DNA of 64,000 nt from positions 87,296,001 through 87,360,000 of the forward strand of contig JAGIQG010000006.1 of NCBI GenBank assembly GCA_024679065.1, given 5' to 3'. The stretch is from Sphyrna mokarran (lineage: Eukaryota). The position numbers were made by a program, and so were the translations under genes. The notes below the pieces were generated by a model. The model was not told the DNA's origin. It saw nothing but the letters and a program-made list of their open reading frames with translations, and did no database searches. Within the stretch, counting starts at the first letter, position 1; each line of letters opens with the position of its first letter. This document shows positions 54,201-63,200 of this stretch, piece by piece.

Positions 54201-57200
54201 AGGAGAGGAGCCATATCTGATCTTCACTAATCGCCATGATATCAGAGAACTGGGATTACACCATAAAGTATACAGTCAGGTAGTTGCAGAATTGAGAAAT
54301 GCTGTGGCACTGGATACTGATGTGGCAGAGAAGACCATCTTCTGGGCTGACTTGGGACAGCAGGCAATTTTCAGGTAATATGTTGCACCTCACAACTGAC
54401 CTTATCCAAAACTGCACTCGTTAGCTTAAGTAACCAATTTGGACAAATTTTCTGATGTGCTTCCACCTTTGAACATTTTGTGGCTGAATAGTTTTTGTGA
54501 TGGCTTTGATTTTATTTCATAGTCATTGCATATACTTGACAGATCTACGTGACAGCAATAATCATTCATGCAATTACCTTGTCGAATTAATTTGAACTTC
54601 TTCAAATCATGATTGTTACTTAGTGATCCAGAAAACTATTTAATGACTTAATGTTGATGTGCTAAACTTTGTAATTAGCCTACCTTTTTGCAACTCCCAA
54701 GTAGATGATTTGCTGGTGTTTCAGATGTCCAATATCATCTCTCAAGTTGCATAGTGACTTGAGAGCAACCAGTAAATGGTTGTAATAATACAATATATTG
54801 TGCATTTGAGACACAACTTTTGCATGCAAGATTTAACGGTTTTAATTTGTTTGCTTTAACTTTTTTCTGCAGTATGCTGATGGATGGCAGCACTGGCATT
54901 TCCAGGATTGTTAACAATGTACGAATTCATGTGGGAATTGCTGTTGACTGGATCTACAACAATATTTACTGGACTGATATGGGTGCTAGAACCATATCTG
55001 TTGCAAGCTTTAATGGAATCAGAAGGAAAACACTCTTTGACAGCAACTTGAGAGAGCCAGCTTCTATAGCAGTTGATCCACTATTGGGGTATGAACTTTG
55101 TCTTCAATGTACCATTGGGTATTGATGCTTGATTCACTCTTGCTGGCATTAGTATTTTGTGACTGTTTGGATGATCAAGTAGTCAACCAGATTATCTGGT
55201 AACTACAGATGAGAGCAATGATTTGTCATTACAGCATGACAATCACAGACCATTTTTGCCTTTCCTTGTCTTAGGTTGGAGTTGTCTAACAGCAATCTCA
55301 TTTTTCACTCTACATTTTTCTTTAAATATTTGACCAGTTCCAGTTTGCCTCAACAGCCACTTATTGTCCTAACTCCCTGAATGAATTTGGTTCTATCCTG
55401 CTGTTCCCCCTCAATTTGGTCTTACAGAATCACTAATCCAAAGTTTCTAAACACTTGCATTTCCCTTCTTTAAATTCAATTTTTAAAGATTTAGCCTTCA
55501 GCTAAGTCAATGTATACAATTTTTTATGCATGTTTCATGCTTCTAATCATTCCTATATCTAGCCCAAACCTGGATACAATAATACTGGCCCTAACTGATC
55601 CATAATATGCTGTTTCACCATCTTGAATATAGATTATATATTGGAGGCAATTTTTAATGGATGCTAAATTCACACTGCACAAGGAATAGATTAAGGCTAA
55701 CATTTCATGGATCACTAGAAAGGCTGTTTGCATATCCAAGATTAGGAACAGTTTAACTAACAATTTAGTAAGTTATGCATGTTGAGTACTGATTCCTACC
55801 ATTGTCTTTTGCAGCAAAATTCTTTAAAATCACATCTAGTTTAAACTTTTTTCCCTTTTTGAAGGCTTTGGTATATTGCTGAACAGTGCTACGCACTGAT
55901 GTAATTTGACTGACAGCATTGGCTGAAATTGGGCCATTCAGGGTAAAGGGATCTTCTGGTCCTGCAAGCAGCACACCTTGTTACAAGTTTCTTGGTGGCA
56001 GTGCATTCAACAGGACACAAGATCAGAAGCTTTTACTAGCCAGTGATAGGTTATCTCTACTTTGTGGTACGTGGAAAAGCCCACCCATTCTTTTCAAAAA
56101 TGCTGACAACTTGTAGTTAAATTTTAAAATATTTTGCTGGAAAAAGTGTTTTTAATTGGTTTGCATAAGCTAATGAAATGCCATGTTTGTTTGGAGAGCA
56201 GTAATTGGATATTTTGCAAATTCAAAAGGTATTGGAGTCTTCAATGATACTTGTGTCCTTGTCTCTCAAAGAACCAGTTTCTTTTCTAAGTCTCTCCCAA
56301 TCCTGCAAACCAGTGCAGCTAGTAGTGACTTGCAATGGTGGTAATCATCCTGGGGTCAGAATCTGATTTTTAGAAAGATCTACCCTTAGTTTATGTCTAG
56401 GCTATATGTGTAGAATCACTTTGCAAAACAAACTATACGTGTACCCAATATTACAACTCTACTTAGTATTACAAATTTATCATTGTTAGATTTGCATAGA
56501 AAAACAACTGAAATGTCACTGAAGTTGAGCTGGAATTTAAGAAGCAAAAATGCAATTAAATATGCCCCTGTTCTTGCTTACCACTGCCACACTCCTCACT
56601 AGCCCCCTGCTGCCAATGAATCAGCTCCCTTGAGTCAAATTTGGCATGCTTGAAATTGTCCTCGTTTTCTAATTATCTATCACTGTGTGGGCAAACTCTA
56701 GTTGTGGGTTCATGTTGCATTTGTGTTGACTTGGTTGCATCACCCACTGCTGTTTTATAAAAATTCATTTGGTTCACTTTTTCAAGCATGTCTGCCATTT
56801 TTCCTCTGGCCTGGTTCATGTTACTCCAGATCCACTGTAGCATGGTTGAATCCTGACTGCTTGAGGATAGGTAACAAATGTTGATATTGTCATTGACTCT
56901 GTCCCATGACTAATGGCCCACTACACCTGAAATTACAGATATGCTAGGAAAAATCTTCAAATATGGAAGTGCAGTTTGATTTTCAACCTTGTAGTAATCA
57001 CAGCCATCCCTAGGGTGATGTATGGCAGTAGTCAAGCACTGCTACCTTACAGTACCAGGCATCCAAGTTTAATTCCTGGCTTGGTTATCAATGTGGAGTT
57101 TGTACATTGTTCCCCTCCTAATTTCTGCATAAATTTCCTGTAGGTGCTTGGGTTCCCTCCCACAATCTGAAAGAGATGTTGGTTGGGGGCATTGACTCAA

Positions 57201-60200
57201 AAGGCATTGGAGTGTGGTGACTAAGGGAATTTCACTAACTACATTGCAATGTTAATGTAAGCCTTTAATATAGTAACTTCAGATGGTAGGAAGCAAAATT
57301 AGATGTGCTACCATTTTTAACAGCAATTTAATAAAATTAGCCTTCTGGGGAAAAGACCATAATAAACAACCTGGATGTCTAGACAGAAAAGCAGTGTACT
57401 TATTGCATTTGTTACTGAAGCTTCAGGGACAGTTCAGATTTGATCAAAAAGAATTCAATCTTTTTTATTTAAAGGTATATTTATTGGTCAGACTGGGGTG
57501 AACCTGCAGTGATTGAAAAAGCAGGAATGAATGGTGTTGGTCGCAAGCTCCTGGTTACCAGAGATATTGAATGGCCAAATGCCATTGCACTTGGTGAGTA
57601 GAGCTGTATAAAAGTAGACTGTTTGTTTTTGGTCTTTTGACAAGCATGACTCATTTTGGTTCAATTATCCCATAGATCTTGTGAAAAACTGTCTTTATTG
57701 GGTTGACTCTAAGCTGCATACACTGTCAAGTGTGGACACAACTGGACAGAATAGAAGAACTGTGCTTTCCTCACATGAATTCCTTGCTCATCCTTTTGGC
57801 ATATCCTTATTTGAGGTAAAGTTCATTATGAAAAAGTGTAGCAAAGTTGAAATAATTGACAGATTTTTGAGCTCCAGAGCTTGTATTGGTTATATCTTAT
57901 CTGTTCCTCATATCCATATGAATGGTCAAATTTAAGCTGGCTTATGCAGCATAAGGCAAAATGGTGTGCTGCAAGTGCACTGCTGGAAATAGCAATCTGG
58001 CAGAATATTTGGAGAGGGGGAATCTGAAAAGTTATGGCCTGTACAAATTCTACTTTTTTTAGGTGAGGTGGGCACATTTTGATTTGTCATGTTTATGGGA
58101 TGTGGTTGTGACTGATAAGGCCAACAGGTTGCCCATTGATATCCTTGAGTCAGTTGTATTGCTGTGGGTTATGGAGTAAGTCTATCAAATAAGGATGGCT
58201 GGTTTGCTTCCCTAAAAGGGATGGTAAAGCCTACTTATCTCAAGAGTTGTTGCCGAACATGTCACTTCCAGCATTATGTTGAATTTTTCTGCTTTCAATA
58301 ATGGAAGATCGTTGCGGACAAATGGTCTACATGGATTGGCAGAATGGAACATTATAAAGTCAAAACTCCATTGCTGACACAAATTTGTAATTGCCCATAC
58401 AGCAATTGTATCAGAACCCAGTTACAGTACAAAGCATGTGAAGTTGTTTGCACCCACTGGAGAGTGGATTTGTGGTGAATATTGACTTGTCTTTATGACC
58501 TTTGGAAGTGGTCTCATTTCAGGATCATGTCTTCTGGACTGACTGGAAATATAATACAATCTATCAAGCTAATAAATACACAGGAGGGGATTTGAAGATT
58601 TTACTCTCCCATCTTAAGGAAGCTCGGGACATCATTGTTTCTCATGAGCTTGTACAGCCGTCAGGTAAGAATTCTTATCAATTAGCAAACCTTTGTTTCT
58701 AAACACATTTCCCATTGGCCATTCACCTGATTCTATGGATCAATCACTTTTTACATCTAAATAAAACCAGCTGTTTTTTCAATTCCATGTTTACCTTATC
58801 AAAATTGGACTTCTGAATTATGAATTCAGTTCATGCTTTCAAATGCTGTAAGAACATTGTATTTCAGAACAATTTGGATGTTCACCATGCCTATAACACA
58901 TCTGAAATAGCTGTTTTTAAAATTAGAATGGGGCTTACTTAATTTTGGGTTATCCTGTCCCACTTCAACTACTGATCATGCCATTTGATCTTTCAACAAG
59001 ATCTGTTTGGATTGTGGTTTCCTTCCAAAACTTACCCATGTTAAACAAACATTAAGGGTATATTGTAATTGGTAGAATTTGCTGGTCTTGTCTGGCAGAA
59101 CCTGTTGTGAGTGAGAATAGAGAACTTGGGCTTCGCAGCCAAAACGCCATTAACCTTCTGGGTTGTTTGGTATTAATCAGTTGTTTACCCATACTAAATT
59201 GTCACTCAAACATTCATTTTAAACAAATTTCCAATGTCATGAGTTGCGTTTTATGGTCAATCTTGTAATATACAAATGATCAGTTAAAACTTGACCCATG
59301 AAGCAAGTGGTTATTTCTGCTGGTTTAAGTTTGCAATTTTAGTCACCAGTATTTGTAGACTTACAACACTTGTTCACAAATGTTTTGAAATGCTTTGAGG
59401 TAATTGCAGTTGTATTGGAGCAGAATTTTAACGTTCAAAATGTTTCCAAGAACCATTCAAATCTTGCGATACTAAAGCCAAATGTACTCATCAAAAGATA
59501 AATTGGGTTGGTTTTAACTGGGTGCACAAAAATTGATGAAGGTAGCTTGGTTTAAACTATACATTGAGAACCAATGTGCTTTGTTAGGTGTGAGATTTGG
59601 TTTTGCTTGTTATCACATTGCTCTGAACATGCAATGAGCAGGCAAATGAATAATCTTGCTGGGTTTGGGGCTGTTGGCTACAAGGTGAGATCTAGTCTGC
59701 TTTGAACTATGATGCATGAGAAGAATACTGGCCTCTTGATAGACTTTTTTGTAAATCTGTTTGCAGGCAAAGACTGGTGCAATGAGAATCTGAAGAATGG
59801 AGGATGTAAATATATGTGCCTTCCAGCTCCTCAGATCAACAGTTACACTCCAAAATACACCTGTGTATGTCCATCTGGAATGGAGTTGCAAAAGGATGGA
59901 CAACATTGTAAAGCAGGTAAGCACTGCATATGCTGGAAATAAGTACAAGTGCTGGGGGTCAGCTAGCATTGATGGGAGAGTTGCCTTTCTAATCAACTTG
60001 TAACATTAGCACGCTCAGCCCACTACAGTTCCAGCCTCAACACATGCAAATGCATGTGCAGCACAGTGTTTGGTATGTTTCACTTCTGCTGATCTAATAT
60101 TTTAATATCAGCAGTAATCTACCTACTTGTGGAGGAGTTTTTGGAATCTGGATTTTGTGCTCCACAGAAGGAATGCATGTTAACAAAATGGCAGACAATT

Positions 60201-63200
60201 GTAGTTGCCTTCATTCTGTTGTGCTGTTTTGCAATTATTGATCAACTTGGATACTAAAACTGGTGAATAAGATTTTCCTTGACAGTAGGTGTAATATACT
60301 TGGATTCTCAAAAGGCCTTCACTAAAATTCTGCATAAAAATAGGCATATGCAGACCTTGTTAAAGAGCAGATAGCAAGCTGGTTATAAATGGCAATTACT
60401 CTGGCAGGAGAGTGTTCCCAAGAGATTGGTGCTGGACCATTACTGATTATTTACAGACTGACTAATTTTCACTTTATAGATCATCCAATTGTGGCTGGGA
60501 TGAGGAAGACTGACACAACAATGGACATAATCAAGTAGCTTCAATTTGGCAACAGTATATTTTGTAGATATTACATGCACAATTGTGCATAATTCTGGTC
60601 TCAAAGCACTAAATTCCAAGTATGGTAGACATTAACTGTAGTTCTATCTGGAATGATTGAACAGTTTGGCAACCAGTTGTACCTATCTGGAAGGGAACAA
60701 AGGATGACTTGGAGGCAGTACTTTATCCCACAAACTAGATCATGAATAAGATAGTAAAATGGGAATTAAAGGGAAGATTTACTAAGAAATAGCTTGGAGG
60801 AATTTTTAAGGGAAGCAAGTAGATGGGAAGACATTGTGGAGCATGAATACATTTTGAGCTGAAATAACCTGTCTTTGTGCTGTAAATCCTACATTCAGTC
60901 ATAGCTTTCCTCATTTTCCCTCGGCAAATTCCCAATCATTGGCTGTCTGGTTCTGGCATTAATTTGATTTGGTTCTGATTTTTGTCACTTCCAGGTGTTG
61001 GCTTTTCTTCCTGACGGCACTGTCACCTGCAGCCCATTACTAATCCACTGGTGACACTGTTCTGGCATTGGATTTATTTGCACATGTCCTGATCTTTTAT
61101 CTCTGCCCTTCCCTGTCACTCATTCCACCTGATGCTTCATTAAATCTGTCTCAAAATCCTGTTGCATCTTGAGCTTCTGATCTCATTTTCCTTTCTCCCA
61201 CCTGAGGACATATGCTTGTTACAAGCCCATCTAATTATGTGGAGACTAGGAAGCGGCAGGAAACTTCCTGTTTTGAGCTTGGGTGTATTGATAAGATTCA
61301 CTTTGCATTTTTTAAAAAAAAGTTAGTGTGCCGTTAGTGAGGCATCATTGTATGCCATTACTTTAGGCATGTCTGTCATTGTTTAGATGAGGAATTTTTA
61401 ACCTAATGTATCTTTGAACTTGTAAGATCTGTTTAAAACAGATGCAATATTTTTAAGGCATGTTCAGTTTTGTATAAATCAGTACATTCTGATTCATACT
61501 TTAGCACATATACCAATAGAAAATCTTGTGTTTTATTCATGTGCTGCAAATCTGGATTATTTTAAATTGGACACTATATTTCAACTGCATCTTGGAGTGT
61601 ATCAAAGTTGTTTTAAATGTAAATGTTCCAGAACATTAGTCAAAAACAGGAACCCCTTGTATTCAAAAACCTATACAAGATTTGAGTTTTGCTTCACCTT
61701 TTTTATAGCAGCAGGATGAGCTGGAGAGGATCACTGGACCAAACGTGATCTGAAAGCCAGGGGTAGGCTGGCTTCAGAAACAATTTGTTCATTGCCTAGT
61801 CCTTAACAGGAATTGGGGATACTTGGCTAATACAAAAATGACCTCTACTTGATCAGTAGCTGGCATTTCAAATAATCCTCAATGACAAATTGAATGCTAT
61901 TTATTTTTAATTTTGTACAATCTTCTACAGCTTAATGCATTGCAACCTTTTTGACTTTGTATAAACTGGACAAAGGGTAAAGTTCATGATTGTAAACAGA
62001 TTTTATTTCAGTTGAATGTATCTGTATGCAACGTCTTTGTGGATGAGAACTGTCCAATTACTCAATAACGTGCTTTCCACTGTTTTAATTTCTGATTTGT
62101 GCACACTTTTCTATCTACCACTAGTAAAAACTACATGTGGAATGATGGAGTACAAGTGTAATGATGGACAATGTATACCTAAGAGATGGCAATGTGATGG
62201 CCAAGCTGACTGCCATGATGGTTCAGATGAAAGTGAAGAAGTTTGCTGTAAGTGCTTGTTCTTGGATCAGTTTCTTGCCTACTGTAAGAACCAAATGGTA
62301 GATTGGCTGTTTGTATATCTAATACTTTGGAGTCTGCATGGATTTGTGAGCTCCATTTCCATGTGCTTTCTGAACAACATTCCTTGGTGTCTTTCCTCTT
62401 TCTATCCCCCTGCCTCTTAACATTAGCCATGCTTGCCTTCGCCCTTTTTGTGCTTCCTCCCCTTCCTTATCTGCAACCAATTAACAGCCATATCTTTAGT
62501 CAGCTGGCTGAATTTATTTCAATTCCTTTAAGACCCAATCAACCAAGGTTGATTTACTGACCTAAAATTGTCTCTGGCTCTTGGATAATGTTCTATATAA
62601 TGCTAGTATCTGTAACAAACTTTGCACCTGTAACTGAAACCACAATCTGGTTTTCACAACTAGTGGAAAAATTTCATTTTGCAGACTGCTTGTTTCCTCC
62701 ATAACAGGAGGGACATTGGGGAAGAGGGGGCACAGTACAGTGTTTGAATACATAAGGAGCTTTCACTTGATATAATGCAATTTAGAGAATGTGAACAAAA
62801 TTTAGGAGGGGTAGAAGGAAGGAGAGGTCTGGCATCAGCCCAAATGTTTCCTAAACCTGGCTTGGTCATCTACCTCCTGCAGAAACTGACAGCAAAGGAC
62901 TAAAGTACTTAACTGGGGTTTGAGGAATAAATGGGGGGGGGAAATAGATGTGAAATTCAAAGCTTTTACAGTACTTTAAAAGATGGACAGCATTCTATTT
63001 AAGAACAATATTTGGTGTAAACTTTCTATAATTGGTTATCATTATTGAATCAACCCCATCTTAACAGGCAAAGAAAGCTGACCACTTTAACAGAAACTTT
63101 GCTTATTTCAGACCTGAGAAGCTGTCCCATTGAAGAAATTAAATGTGGCTCTGGATCTCATCAGTGTATTCCAGCTTCTTGGAAGTGCAATGGAATACAG

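Noticed and set aside
60086-60114. 8-bp inverted repeat ctgctgat...atcagcag
   Set aside because: Short, single and expected by chance in 64 kb.
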